From: a bacterium
Lineage (GTDB): Bacteria > Electryoneota > B3-LCP
DNA length: 64,000 nt
Assembly: GCA_026394195.1 (NCBI GenBank)
Contig: JAPKYS010000043.1
Coordinates: 83,131-147,130 of the forward strand
Direction: 5' to 3'
Positions 28,582 through 38,888 of the stretch are shown one piece after another. Within the stretch, counting starts at the first letter, position 1, and every line of letters starts with the position of its first letter. The notes beneath the pieces are model-generated. The model was given only the letters and a program-made list of their open reading frames with translations, ran no database searches and was not told the origin of the DNA. The translations under genes and the position numbers were made by a program.

Positions 28582-29325
28582 ATGGAAAGGCAGGGGCGAA
28601 TTTTATTCGCCGACAACGAAGACACATTTTGTGAGGCTCAGGCAGACCACCTCAGAAAGGAAGGGTATGTCTGTGATTGCGCCGGGGACAGCAAGTCGGC
28701 AGCAAAGTTGATTGGGATGAACGAATATGATCTCTTGATCGCCGACATCAGGATGCCCGGCAATGAGAACCTGGAGTTTCTCTATTCGCTCAGCAAGAAG
28801 AAACCCACACTACCCGTTATTATCGTAACGGCTTACGCAACCGTTGAAACGGCTGTGGATTCGATACAATTACCGGTTGTAGGTTATTTTCGAAAACCCT
28901 ACGATCAGAAGGCGTTTAATACTCAAGTACGCCTGGTCATGGGGCGCTCGCAGATACGTAAAATCATCAGCCAGTCCAAATCCAACCTGCAAAGTTGGAA
29001 AGAAGAACTTGAAAAGGTCGAGTCGTCAGTCATCAAGAATACGGAAGGTGATACCTATCTCTCCGTGGATGCATACCTGTCCCTCACCCTCAACAACATT
29101 CTCAACAATCTGGCTGACATCCGCGGTCTGACCGAAGCGTTTGCCGGAATGACGGGTGAGAAATACGCCTGCCAGATGCTCAACTGTCCTCGCGCCATTC
29201 GCTTGACCGCAGGAATCAAAGAAACCCTGCGAGTTCTTGAAAAGACGAAAAAATCTTTCAAATCGAAGGAGTTGGCTGAGTTACGCCAGAAGTTGGAAAC
29301 GCTGCTTAGAAGCGAGGGGATTTGA
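28582..29325 (+). CDS. Response regulator (receiver domain with an uncharacterised C-terminal helical domain)
   Basis: Receiver motifs ILFADNED...LLIADIRMPG...IIVTAY. Confidence 0.75.
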   Translation: MERQGRILFADNEDTFCEAQADHLRKEGYVCDCAGDSKSAAKLIGMNEYDLLIADIRMPGNENLEFLYSLSKKKPTLPVIIVTAYATVETAVDSIQLPVVGYFRKPYDQKAFNTQVRLVMGRSQIRKIISQSKSNLQSWKEELEKVESSVIKNTEGDTYLSVDAYLSLTLNNILNNLADIRGLTEAFAGMTGEKYACQMLNCPRAIRLTAGIKETLRVLEKTKKSFKSKELAELRQKLETLLRSEGI

Positions 29326-29497
29326 TCCGATGGAACCCACGAGGAAGCAGGATTCGTTTTTTTACTTTCGCTGAAATAAAATAAAATGGTGTTCGGCAAC
29401 TTTTCCGCTTTTTCCACCGTCAAATTAATAAGGACGGCAATAAAACCCATTAAACCAAAATGATTGCAGGAACAATCGAAGAAAAAGGAAGAATCTC

Positions 29498-32400
29498 ATG
29501 AAGAAGTTGATCATTTGGTCTGCAATACTAACCTTAATTCTGATGATTACCAGCGTTTCTGCCGCCGAAGAACAGGGGTTTCTTCGCTATCCGGACGCTT
29601 TCAGGGGACAGGTCGCTTTTACTTCAGAAGGCGATCTCTGGATAGTCTCACTGGATGGCGGCATTGCCCGCAGGCTCACGACTCACGATGGGGATGAAAC
29701 CTATCCGAAGTTTTCACCGGACGGCAAGTGGATCGCCTTCAGTGGACAATATGAAGGCAATCAGGACGTCTACGTCATTCCCGTGGAAGGGGGGGAACCC
29801 AGACGCTTGACTTTTCATTCCGGCGGCGAGGGTGTGGTCGGCTGGACCAATGATGGAAAAATCATGTTCCGCACCCTGGCATTTTCCGGCGACGAGACAC
29901 AGAGCATCTACACCGTCTCTCCGGAAGGAGGTTATCCGGTCAACATGGGTTTGGATGAAGCTGCTTTAGCCTCTTGGGAACCGAACGGCACGCGTGTGGC
30001 TTACACCCGCTTTTTCCGTAATAATGCCACCTGGAAACGATATAAGGGTGGGCTGTCCGATCAGATCTGGGTCGCTGATCCGATTAAAAAACAGTACGGG
30101 AAAAAGGCGATCAGCACTTATGTCGGTCATAATTCCTACCCCATGTGGGTCGGTGACCGCATCTACTTCCTTTCCGATTCTACCGGCAGGAAAAATATCT
30201 GGTCGATGAAGCCGGATGGCTCCGATCAGAAGCAGCATACCTTACACAAAGATTATGATGCTCGCTGGCCCAGCGACGGCGACGGCTGCATCGTCTATCA
30301 GTTGGCGATGGACGTCTGGAAATATGACGTCAAGTCAGGAAAAACGTCGAAAATAGAGATTCAACTCCCTTCGGATCGCATCTACACCCGTACCCGGATC
30401 ATCGATCCTTCAGGATATGTCACCGGTTTTGATCTCAACAAAGACGGCGGCTGGATGGTCATTGCCGCTCGTGGGCAACTCTTCAGTGTCCCCACCAAGA
30501 GTCGCGAGAGCCTGGTTCGCAGGTTGACGCCCGACTTCAAGAGCCGAGCCAAGTCGCCGTTTTTCTTGGGGAATCAGGTCGTGGCGCTGACGGATATCAC
30601 CGGCGAGGACGAATTTTTCCAATTCGACCCCTTCCTGAAGAAAGAGTGCAAACAGCTTTCACGTGATAACCACATGTGGCGTTATGACGGTCAACCTTCG
30701 CCTGATGAGAAATGGATCGCCTTTGACGATGGCAATATGACGCTTTCCACGTTGAACGTTGCAACCGGCGAGATAAAAAAGATCGCCACGGGAAAAGCCT
30801 GGGAAATCCGCGACTATAGCTGGTCGCCGGACAGCCGCTATATCGCCTACACCAACCCCGAAAACGAGGTCATCCAGACCATCCATGTCTACGATACCAA
30901 GGAGGGACAGGACCATGCCGTCACCGACCTCATGTATAATTGCTACTTCCCGACCTGGGACCCCAAAGGTCAGCGGCTGTACTTCCTCGAAGAAGCGAAC
31001 TTCAACCCAATGACGGACATGTACTACGCTCAGTTCACCGTCTATACCCCCGACAAACTGTACATGTACCTGCTGTCGAAAGATGCAAAAAATCCCTTCG
31101 CTCCTGACAGCAGTCTCCTGGCCATGAAAGAGGAAGAGAAAGACAAAGACAAGGACAAAGATAAGGCGAAAGAAGAAAAAGACGACAAGAAGGATAAGGG
31201 TAAAGATAAGGACAAGAAGAAGAAGGACGACGACGAGAAGAAAGACGAGGAGAAAGTCGTAGTCAAGATCGACTGGGATGGATTGCAGGATCGAATGGTG
31301 GAGATCCCTGTATCTCCCGGCTATTATGCGGGGCTGCGCGCCGCCGAGGATATGCTCTATTATCTATCCGGTGAAAACCGCGGTCAGCGCACGGAAGAAG
31401 AACAAAAATTAGCCCTCAACTTGTATAAATTCGAGGAGCGTAAAAACCATACGGTGATGGAAGATGTGAAAAGCTACGACATATCCGATGACGGTAAAGT
31501 CGTGGTGGCTTATGACGGATCGACCTTTACACGGATGGACGCTGGCGTCACCTCCAAACCCGAAGGTGAAGGCGACGAGGATCCAACCGTAAAGCTGGAT
31601 AATTGGAGCATACGAATGGAGCCGCGCCAGGAATGGCAGCAGATGTTTCAGGAAGCCTGGCGTATTCAGCGGGATTTCTTCTACGATCCCCAAATGTACG
31701 GCATGGATTGGTCGAAAGTGCTCAAAACCTACGAGAGCTTGATCAATCGAATCTCAACACGGAGCGAGTTGAACGATCTGATCGGCGAAATGATCGGTGA
31801 ACTCTGTTCCGGACACGCCTACGTTTTCGGAGGAGATCTGCATCAGCCGGATATTGTCCAGGTGGGGCTTCTGGGAGCGGATATCAGCCGTGACGCTGGT
31901 TCGGGTTTCTTCAAGATCGATAAGATCTATTCCCCCGATCGCGCTTTCGAAGAATACTGCTCGCCGCTAAGCGCTCCGCAGGTGAAAGCCCAGGTCGGCG
32001 ATTACATCGTGGCGATCGACGGAATTGCCACCAATACCGTAGACAGTTACCTCGAACTGCTGCAGGATAAAGCCAACTGCGCCGTCGTCCTGACCTTGAA
32101 TGGCAAACCATCGGTCACGGGCGGGCGCGAGGTCATCATCACCACGATTGGGAACGAAGATGAGATGCGCTACCAGGATTGGGTCAAGAGCCGCCGGGAT
32201 TACGTCTATAAAGCTTCCGGAGGCAAGATTGGCTACCTGCACCTTTCCGACATGCAGACGAATGGACTCTGGCAGTTTGGACACCAGTACTACCCGCAGT
32301 TCAATAAAGAAGGCATGATTCTGGACGTGCGTCATAATGGCGGCGGCAGCGTGGCGCAGATACTGCTGGCGCAACTCAACCGCAAGGTCTGGTCTGCAGG

Positions 32401-32845
32401 CAGAGCGCGGCGCGGCGGTGTGTATCGGACGCCATCGGTGGCGTTTTACGGCTATTACGCTATATGCTGCGATGAAAAGACCGGTTCCGACGGTGAAACG
32501 TTCACCTTGGGATCCAAGCTGCTGGAACTGGGTCCCGTCTACGGCAAGCGCACCTGGGGTGGCTGGGTCGGCATCCGTGGCGACAAGCCATTAAACGACA
32601 AAGTCTGGTTCACCACGCCGGAATTCGGCGGTTGGGGCGTCTTTGGCAGCGATAAAGGGAAATGGTTAATCGAAGGACACGGCGTAGATCCCGACGTGGT
32701 GGTCGAAAATGATCCGGGTTCGGTGCTGGCGGGCAAAGATCCTCAACTGGACGCCGCCATCGAATATCTGCTGAAGAAGATGAAGGATCAACCCAAGGTG
32801 CTGCCGGAAGAACCACCCATCCCCAAGAGGGACGTGAACTACTAA
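29498..32845 (+). CDS. Tricorn-protease homologue (TolB-like beta-propellers, PDZ, S41 peptidase) carrying a K/D/E low-complexity insert
   Basis: 1115 aa with a signal peptide, the N-terminal RYPDAFRGQVAFTSEGDLW repeat and the S41 core near the C-terminus. Confidence 0.85.
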   Translation: MKKLIIWSAILTLILMITSVSAAEEQGFLRYPDAFRGQVAFTSEGDLWIVSLDGGIARRLTTHDGDETYPKFSPDGKWIAFSGQYEGNQDVYVIPVEGGEPRRLTFHSGGEGVVGWTNDGKIMFRTLAFSGDETQSIYTVSPEGGYPVNMGLDEAALASWEPNGTRVAYTRFFRNNATWKRYKGGLSDQIWVADPIKKQYGKKAISTYVGHNSYPMWVGDRIYFLSDSTGRKNIWSMKPDGSDQKQHTLHKDYDARWPSDGDGCIVYQLAMDVWKYDVKSGKTSKIEIQLPSDRIYTRTRIIDPSGYVTGFDLNKDGGWMVIAARGQLFSVPTKSRESLVRRLTPDFKSRAKSPFFLGNQVVALTDITGEDEFFQFDPFLKKECKQLSRDNHMWRYDGQPSPDEKWIAFDDGNMTLSTLNVATGEIKKIATGKAWEIRDYSWSPDSRYIAYTNPENEVIQTIHVYDTKEGQDHAVTDLMYNCYFPTWDPKGQRLYFLEEANFNPMTDMYYAQFTVYTPDKLYMYLLSKDAKNPFAPDSSLLAMKEEEKDKDKDKDKAKEEKDDKKDKGKDKDKKKKDDDEKKDEEKVVVKIDWDGLQDRMVEIPVSPGYYAGLRAAEDMLYYLSGENRGQRTEEEQKLALNLYKFEERKNHTVMEDVKSYDISDDGKVVVAYDGSTFTRMDAGVTSKPEGEGDEDPTVKLDNWSIRMEPRQEWQQMFQEAWRIQRDFFYDPQMYGMDWSKVLKTYESLINRISTRSELNDLIGEMIGELCSGHAYVFGGDLHQPDIVQVGLLGADISRDAGSGFFKIDKIYSPDRAFEEYCSPLSAPQVKAQVGDYIVAIDGIATNTVDSYLELLQDKANCAVVLTLNGKPSVTGGREVIITTIGNEDEMRYQDWVKSRRDYVYKASGGKIGYLHLSDMQTNGLWQFGHQYYPQFNKEGMILDVRHNGGGSVAQILLAQLNRKVWSAGRARRGGVYRTPSVAFYGYYAICCDEKTGSDGETFTLGSKLLELGPVYGKRTWGGWVGIRGDKPLNDKVWFTTPEFGGWGVFGSDKGKWLIEGHGVDPDVVVENDPGSVLAGKDPQLDAAIEYLLKKMKDQPKVLPEEPPIPKRDVNY

Positions 32846-32961
32846 AATAAAATCCGCCTGTCATAGGTGAGGTTTACGACAGTTAGGAATAAATAACACA
32901 ATAAGGGCGCACATCCATCGTGGTGTGCGCCCTTGTACATTTTTACAGTAAATCTAACCTT

Positions 32962-34623
32962 CTATGGTTCACACACTTTGCTGCCTCGCGCCGGCGAAGT
33001 ATCGGCTGATTTTGCCTCGCCCTTGATCGGATTCCACTCCCCGATAGATTCGACGTAAATCTTGCACTTCCCTTTCGCGGTCCACTTGGTCTCATAATTG
33101 TAATTCCATCCCAGGTATTGGGAATTACCGCCCCCCATGGTGGTGATCAGGTAGCGGTTGGCGATGTGCCCGATAAAATCCGCCTGTGCTTCCGGAGAGG
33201 CCTGATCGCCTCCGGAGGGATCAACCGGAATCCAGCCGTAGTTGGGCAGGTAGACTTCTGCCCAGCGATGGAATACGTCGTCGATGCTGGCGTCATCGCC
33301 GCGCACCGTGATGGCTCCGGCATAGCGCGCCGGCAACCCCGCCGCCCGGCACATCGACAGGAAGACGAAGGTATACTCGGAACAGGAACCGTTACCACGG
33401 TCCAGTACCGTTGGAGCCGTATTCCAGCCTCCCGACAGTTGATATTCCATGCGTTCGTTGATATAGCGGAAGATCTTGCGCATGATCCAGTAAGGGTTCT
33501 TCTCATCGCCGACAGCCTGTTTGACCGCTTTCTGGATGATGGGATTTTTCAGATCGAACTTCTCGTCGTCGATGAGGTAACGGGAACGAAGATCTGCTGG
33601 GATTTCGTCAAATCCGCCAACCTTTTCCGGAAAGAGAAAATAGCGAGTATCCCATAACCGCGCCGGAACCTTCATCACGACCTTCTGCTGACTGCCTGCC
33701 GGGCAGGAGCTGAACCTGAAGTGAGCCACCTTCTGACCCCACTGATCCGTCAGTATATCCGCAGGCGGCGGCGAAAATACCGGTTCTGTCAACATTTCCT
33801 GGCTGGGGAGGTTCTGCGGTATCGCCAGATAGAAATCCAGTGTTTCCACCGTACCGGGACCGTAGTTGCGCAGTTCGCTGGTAAATTCCATAGTTTCCAG
33901 TTTCGCATCTTTATGCGAGTATAGATTGCCGTCGCCGATAGTCAGGCAGTACAGCGAATCGGACTGGAAATCGGCGTTCCAGAGGTTCTTGCCGTCCCAG
34001 GCGAGACCGTCGGCGTAGGGCGCCGGAGCCGAAAACATCAGCACCACATCGCCGGTTTCGGGGCTCATCATGTAGATGCGATTGGTCGTCCGATCGGACA
34101 CCCAGAGGTAACGGCCATCGAAGGCCAGACCCTGCGGGGATTTAGACGGGGCGGGAACGGAACGGATGGTGGTGCCGTCTTCGGGACTGATCTGGTGGAT
34201 CTTGCCGTCACCCTTCGACGCCAGCCAGAGGTATTTGCCGTCCCAGGCTAAACCGGCGGGCTGGGTTGCCGGTGAGTCCAGAGTGCGCGTTATGATGCCG
34301 GTCTTAGGGTTGAAGCGAAAAATCTTCTCTTCTTCGCCGCAGGTGACCCAGAGCTGCTCGCCATCCCAAGTCAATCCCACCGCTCGGAAGGTCGGAGCGG
34401 GCAGTTGCTGCGTCACCTTTCCATTCTCAGGATTGATGGCATAGAGCGAGTCGGTTTTCAGATCCGCCAGCCAGAACTGCCTGCCGTCCCAGGCCAGACC
34501 GGTGGAACAGGTCCCGGGTGTGGGGAAGCCGCGCTGTACGTCGCCGGTGGCAGCAATTAACAGGGAGGCTGAAGCAACGACGCTCATTAACGTGAAGAAA
34601 CAGAGGAGGAAGTATCTCTTCAT
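32962..34623 (-). CDS. Secreted protein with N-terminal WD-like/glutamine-cyclotransferase-like beta-propeller repeats and a C-terminal transglutaminase-like cysteine-peptidase domain
   Basis: Five repeats of GLAWDG..LW..D.....LY.I.P..G. TGase core GNGSCSEYTFVFLSMCRAAGLPARY with downstream His/Asp. Start chosen at MKRYFLL, preceded by AGGAG. Confidence 0.6.
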   Translation of the reverse strand: MKRYFLLCFFTLMSVVASASLLIAATGDVQRGFPTPGTCSTGLAWDGRQFWLADLKTDSLYAINPENGKVTQQLPAPTFRAVGLTWDGEQLWVTCGEEEKIFRFNPKTGIITRTLDSPATQPAGLAWDGKYLWLASKGDGKIHQISPEDGTTIRSVPAPSKSPQGLAFDGRYLWVSDRTTNRIYMMSPETGDVVLMFSAPAPYADGLAWDGKNLWNADFQSDSLYCLTIGDGNLYSHKDAKLETMEFTSELRNYGPGTVETLDFYLAIPQNLPSQEMLTEPVFSPPPADILTDQWGQKVAHFRFSSCPAGSQQKVVMKVPARLWDTRYFLFPEKVGGFDEIPADLRSRYLIDDEKFDLKNPIIQKAVKQAVGDEKNPYWIMRKIFRYINERMEYQLSGGWNTAPTVLDRGNGSCSEYTFVFLSMCRAAGLPARYAGAITVRGDDASIDDVFHRWAEVYLPNYGWIPVDPSGGDQASPEAQADFIGHIANRYLITTMGGGNSQYLGWNYNYETKWTAKGKCKIYVESIGEWNPIKGEAKSADTSPARGSKVCEP

Positions 34624-34886
34624 GGTAAGATCTCCTATAGGCAAGGATGTGACATTAGAGCAGGCATGGTGCCTGGTGTGTTCATCTCCAAAATTTAACC
34701 ATTTCCTGCAGCAAAGGCAATCATTTTTTAAGATGGATTATATGGGCCGTAGTCAACGATAAAAATATACTGAAAAATTGATTGACAAAACCATTTGGGA
34801 TACCTATCTTGAGATGGATTTCTGGGGAAGCAAACTGAATCGGACCGTCTGGTCTTCAACAAACCGCAATTAAAAAGGAGATTCAA

Positions 34887-35576
34887 ATGATTCCGTTCGC
34901 CAGAGTTCTCACCGCACTCCTCTTGGGAGCTGCAATCGCCATTCTCACCATCAGAGCTCCATTCTGGCTGGGTACTGCGCAGGGAACCGCTCTTCCGAAT
35001 TCTTTGGTTACTCACACTCTGATGCTCACCATCTCTCTGCTGAGCATCGCCTACCTCTCCAATGGGAAATTCAAGACCTATGGATTCAGCCTCGGATCGT
35101 ATCGATTCAAACCCACGATTCTGCTCTGGCTGATCCCCACGGGAATTTTATCCCTCCTGCAATTTGTGGCGTCCCGCATGGGCGTACCGCATCAGAACCC
35201 CTTTGACTATACAGTTCTGCAAACCATCCTGCTGATCTGGATTTATGCCAGTATCTGCGAAGAGGTTTTCGTACGTGGATTGTTACAGGGGTATCTATCG
35301 CCGCTGCAGAAGTATAAGGTTACTCTCTTCAAGAAATGGCCGTTAAGTCTCCCGGTCATTCTGGGAGCACTTTTCTTCGGGAGCATGCACATTGTGCTTT
35401 GGACGAAGATAGGGCGCCGCGCCCTCGTGCCCATGGTTTTAGCCACGTTATTGGGCGTGGTAGTCGGTTACTATCGGGAAAAGACCGGCAGTCTGGTTCC
35501 GGCAGTGATGATTCATGCCATGTTCAACATCGGCGGGTCTCTGCCGTTCTGGATACTTTCAGCGCTGATCCATTAG
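34887..35576 (+). CDS. CPBP-family (CAAX/Abi) intramembrane metalloprotease
   Basis: EExxxR motif (CEEVFVRG), FxxxH (FGSMH) and a distal His (MIHAMFN) in a multi-TM protein. Confidence 0.75.
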   Translation: MIPFARVLTALLLGAAIAILTIRAPFWLGTAQGTALPNSLVTHTLMLTISLLSIAYLSNGKFKTYGFSLGSYRFKPTILLWLIPTGILSLLQFVASRMGVPHQNPFDYTVLQTILLIWIYASICEEVFVRGLLQGYLSPLQKYKVTLFKKWPLSLPVILGALFFGSMHIVLWTKIGRRALVPMVLATLLGVVVGYYREKTGSLVPAVMIHAMFNIGGSLPFWILSALIH

Positions 35577-35580
35577 ATCG

Positions 35581-36024
35581 ATGATGGACGCAACTTTTAA
35601 GACTCGACCGGCGCTCGCTGCTGACGCCGCCGCCATCGGCGAATTGTCGGCTCAGCTGGGTTATCCCAGCACCCCGCAACAGGTTCAGACTCGATTGGAG
35701 CGCTTCAATCCCGATGACGAAGCAGCCTTCGTGGCGGAAGACCAGCCCGGCAAAGTCATCGGATGGATTCACGTTTTCACGGCCCGCCATCTGCAATCGG
35801 AGCCCTTTGCCGAACTGGGAGGATTAGTGGTCGATCAGGACTACCGGGGGAAGGGAGTGGGGACCGCTCTGATGAACGCGGCGGAAGATTGGGCGAAACG
35901 GCGCGGTTTCACCATGCTGCGGCTGCGCAGCCGTTCCACCCGGACCGATGCGCATCGACTCTATGACCGCCAAGGATATAGCAGAGTCAAATCACAGATC
36001 GTATTTGATAAGAAGATAGGCTAA
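35581..36024 (+). CDS. GNAT-family N-acetyltransferase
   Basis: Acetyl-CoA-binding motif QDYRGKGVGTALM. Confidence 0.8.
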   Translation: MMDATFKTRPALAADAAAIGELSAQLGYPSTPQQVQTRLERFNPDDEAAFVAEDQPGKVIGWIHVFTARHLQSEPFAELGGLVVDQDYRGKGVGTALMNAAEDWAKRRGFTMLRLRSRSTRTDAHRLYDRQGYSRVKSQIVFDKKIG

Positions 36025-36030
36025 GAAGAA

Positions 36031-36597
36031 ATGAGCGAATTCCAACCGATGACCTCCCGCCGCCTGACGCTGCGGCGCCTGCTGCCTTCCGACGGCAGGG
36101 CGGTGTACGCTTACCGTTCCCGCCCCGAAGAGGCGCAGTTCCAAAGCTGGGTTCCCAAGTCCGCTCACGAAGCCGAGGACTTCATCCACAGGATTATTTC
36201 GCTGGAACCCGGCATCCCCGGCACCTGGTTTCAGTTAGCGATAACTCTGAAAGATTCCGGCGAACTGATCGGCGACTGCGGGCTCTATTTCCCCGATTAC
36301 ATGCCCAAACAGGCGGAATTGGGCATCACGGTGTCGTCGCAGTACTGGAAGAAGGGGTACGCCATCGAAACGCTGACGGCGGCGCTGGATTACCTCTTTG
36401 GCGAGATGAAGCTGCACCGGGTCTACGCTTCCACCGACCCCAACAACCACCCCGCCATCCGGCTGCTGGAATACCTGGGCTTGCGCAAGGAAGCTCACTT
36501 CCGCCAGAGCCTCTGGTTTAAGAACGCCTGGGCCGACGACCTGGTCTACGCCACCCTGAGCGGCGAATGGGAGAAGAGACGGAGGAGGTTGGGGTAG
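36031..36597 (+). CDS. GNAT-family N-acetyltransferase (RimJ/RimL-like)
   Basis: 188 aa with the GNAT fold pattern ...WKKGYAIETL.... Confidence 0.8.
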   Translation: MSEFQPMTSRRLTLRRLLPSDGRAVYAYRSRPEEAQFQSWVPKSAHEAEDFIHRIISLEPGIPGTWFQLAITLKDSGELIGDCGLYFPDYMPKQAELGITVSSQYWKKGYAIETLTAALDYLFGEMKLHRVYASTDPNNHPAIRLLEYLGLRKEAHFRQSLWFKNAWADDLVYATLSGEWEKRRRRLG

Positions 36598-36599
36598 GG

Positions 36600-36650
36600 G
36601 GAAATAATTGGAGATTGGAGATTGAAGATTGAAGATTGAAGAATTAAGAG
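36600..36650. repeat. Tandem heptamer array (GATTGGA x2, GATTGAA x3, GAATTAA) directly after the stop codon
   Basis: Direct reading. Confidence 0.9.
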
Positions 36651-36654
36651 GGGG

Positions 36655-36900
36655 AGTTTCCGGCGAAATAGCCTTGTCATTCCGGCGAGGCCCGCCCCAT
36701 TGGGGTCCGGAATCAGACAAGGCGGGGGAAGAGTAGCTCACTGTCGTGCTGTCGACTCTCCGCAAGAGGTAGGGTGGACTAGCGAAGCGTAGTCCACCAC
36801 CCCATCTAATTTATTTAATGGTGGACTACACCCTGCGGGTTAGTCCACCCTACTTCTACCAGCCACCAGCAACTATAGGGGTTGCGTCAGGTCTTGCGGA
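36655..36900. repeat. Block of dispersed small palindromic elements (CCTTGTCATTCCGGC; GCTGTCGACTCTCCGCA; GGTGGACTA...TAGTCCACC hairpins)
   Basis: Motifs recur at 13255-13290, in inverted orientation at 45795-45835, and as AATCAGACAA at 45757. Confidence 0.6.
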
Positions 36901-37076
36901 AACGCAGTTGACGTGTGACCTGACGCTGGAAAAACTGACCAACCCACAGCAAGCTGGGAGGAAGCGAGGGATTTCCTGGAACCCCTCTTGAAATTTTGAA
37001 GAAAGGGGTTGATTTTGGGAGGGAAGAGGAGTATAATTACTTTGCAGAATGCAGATAAAATAAAATGAGGTGTTAA

Positions 37077-38888
37077 ATGAGCTATCTCGATCAAGCTATT
37101 GAAAAAGGATATGCCATAATAACAGGTGAAGAAAACAAAAAACGCATCACCTACATGGCTGTTAATCACTCTGAAAGATATTCAGATCCGGAGGAACAAG
37201 TCCGCGCAGAGTATTGGGCTGAATTAATTTTTCGATACGGCTATGAACCTTCCCGCATCGGCGTTGATGTTACTGTTCCAGATAGAACTCCCAAGGATGC
37301 GGCAGATTTAGTTGTATTCTCAAATGATACTCGCACACGACCTTTCGCGGTAATCGAATGCAAACGAGATGGCGTAACCGATGCTGAATTCGCTCAAGCC
37401 GTCGAACAAGCTTGCGGCAACGGCACCTGGGCGAAATTCCGCGCCCAATACATCGGTGTTATCGCCGGGCAGACCCGCCGTTTCCTCGATTTCTCCGAAA
37501 AATATGGCGTTCTGGAACGTGAGGCTAACATTATCGCTGATTTGCCTCGCCAGTACGGAAAACCAGAGGAATGGCGTTTTCTAAAAGGCACCGCAGACGA
37601 TATCCAGCCTGTCAGTAAAGAAACCCTCATAGCCACCATAAAAAAATGCCACCAAACCCTATGGGGTGGCGGGCGCTTATCTCCCCCCATGGCTTTCGGT
37701 GAATTATGCAAACTCCTCTTTGTAAAAATCCAAGACGAAAAAGTACCACGGAAAAATGGTCAACCCTATGAATTTCAGATAAAAACTCACGAGCCAAGCC
37801 GTAAGCTCGCTGAACGAATCAAAGCTATTTATGAAATTGCTAAGAAAAAAGATCCGCAAGTATTCACCGACACAATTCGTATAGATGATGCAACATTGCG
37901 CATCCTTGTTTCACATATGGAAGCAGTAAGTTTCAGCAAGACCGATTTAGATACGAAAGGTGTCGCCTTCGAGCAGTTCATGGATGGATTTTTCAAAGGA
38001 GATTTTGGGCAATACTTTACACCACGGGAAATTATTGCATTCGCAGTTGAAATGATGCAACCTAAATCGGATGATTTAGTTATCGATCCAGCTTGCGGCT
38101 CTGGCGGTTTCCTTCTTTATGCTCTTGATTCAGTTCGTCGCGAGGCTGCAAGTTATCATGCTTTGGATAGCGTGGATCATTACAAACATTGGCACGATTT
38201 CGCAGAAAAACGCCTCTTTGGTATCGAAATCAATGACGAGATCGCCCGAGTTGCCAAGATGAATATGATCTTACATGACGATGGCCATAGTAACGTCGTT
38301 GGTGAAGACGCTTTAGATCGTTTCGAGCGCATTCGTGAACGCACCAGTAATAATGGGTTTAAAGAAAATAATTTCGATCTAATTTTGACTAACCCTCCAT
38401 TTGGCTCGCAGGTCAATTTGACGGAACGACCTTACTTATCCGATTATGAACTTGGTAATAAGGAGGATAAGAAAGGAAAACGTTCCCCACGTACGAACCA
38501 AAAAACGGAGATACTCTTTATCGAGCGTGTCTTCCAATTTCTAAAGGCTGGAACCGGTCGCGCGGCCATGGTTTTGCCGGATGGAATTCTTACAAATTCA
38601 TCTCTTCAAGATGTCCGAGATTTTATACTTAAAAACTTCCAACTTCTTGCTGTAGTAAGTTTACCACAGACTTCTTTCGCTCATTTCGGTGCAGGAGTTA
38701 AAGCAAGTCTAGTTTTTCTCCGTAAACGGGCAGATAATGAAAAGTCCAGCGATAATGAAGCAATCTTCATGGCCACGCCTGAGAAAATCGGGTATGACGC
38801 AACGGGCCGTAAGTGCGATAATCAGTTGCCGGAAGTTATCAAGCAATACGTTGAATTCAAGAAGAACCCGGCACGTTTTTTCGTCTAA
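37077..38888 (+). CDS. Type IIB (BcgI-like) restriction-modification catalytic subunit: an N-terminal PD-(D/E)xK endonuclease domain fused to a gamma-class N6-adenine DNA methyltransferase
   Basis: Nuclease motif D..LVVF ... VIECKRD. Methylase motif I VIDPACGSGGFL and motif IV LILTNPPFG. The length (603 aa) and domain order match the BcgI A subunit. Confidence 0.7.
   Translation: MSYLDQAIEKGYAIITGEENKKRITYMAVNHSERYSDPEEQVRAEYWAELIFRYGYEPSRIGVDVTVPDRTPKDAADLVVFSNDTRTRPFAVIECKRDGVTDAEFAQAVEQACGNGTWAKFRAQYIGVIAGQTRRFLDFSEKYGVLEREANIIADLPRQYGKPEEWRFLKGTADDIQPVSKETLIATIKKCHQTLWGGGRLSPPMAFGELCKLLFVKIQDEKVPRKNGQPYEFQIKTHEPSRKLAERIKAIYEIAKKKDPQVFTDTIRIDDATLRILVSHMEAVSFSKTDLDTKGVAFEQFMDGFFKGDFGQYFTPREIIAFAVEMMQPKSDDLVIDPACGSGGFLLYALDSVRREAASYHALDSVDHYKHWHDFAEKRLFGIEINDEIARVAKMNMILHDDGHSNVVGEDALDRFERIRERTSNNGFKENNFDLILTNPPFGSQVNLTERPYLSDYELGNKEDKKGKRSPRTNQKTEILFIERVFQFLKAGTGRAAMVLPDGILTNSSLQDVRDFILKNFQLLAVVSLPQTSFAHFGAGVKASLVFLRKRADNEKSSDNEAIFMATPEKIGYDATGRKCDNQLPEVIKQYVEFKKNPARFFV

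Noticed and set aside
36600-36660. CRISPR-like appearance of short repeats
   Set aside because: The repeats are 7-nt tandem copies without spacers. No CRISPR-length repeat-spacer periodicity exists anywhere in the window.
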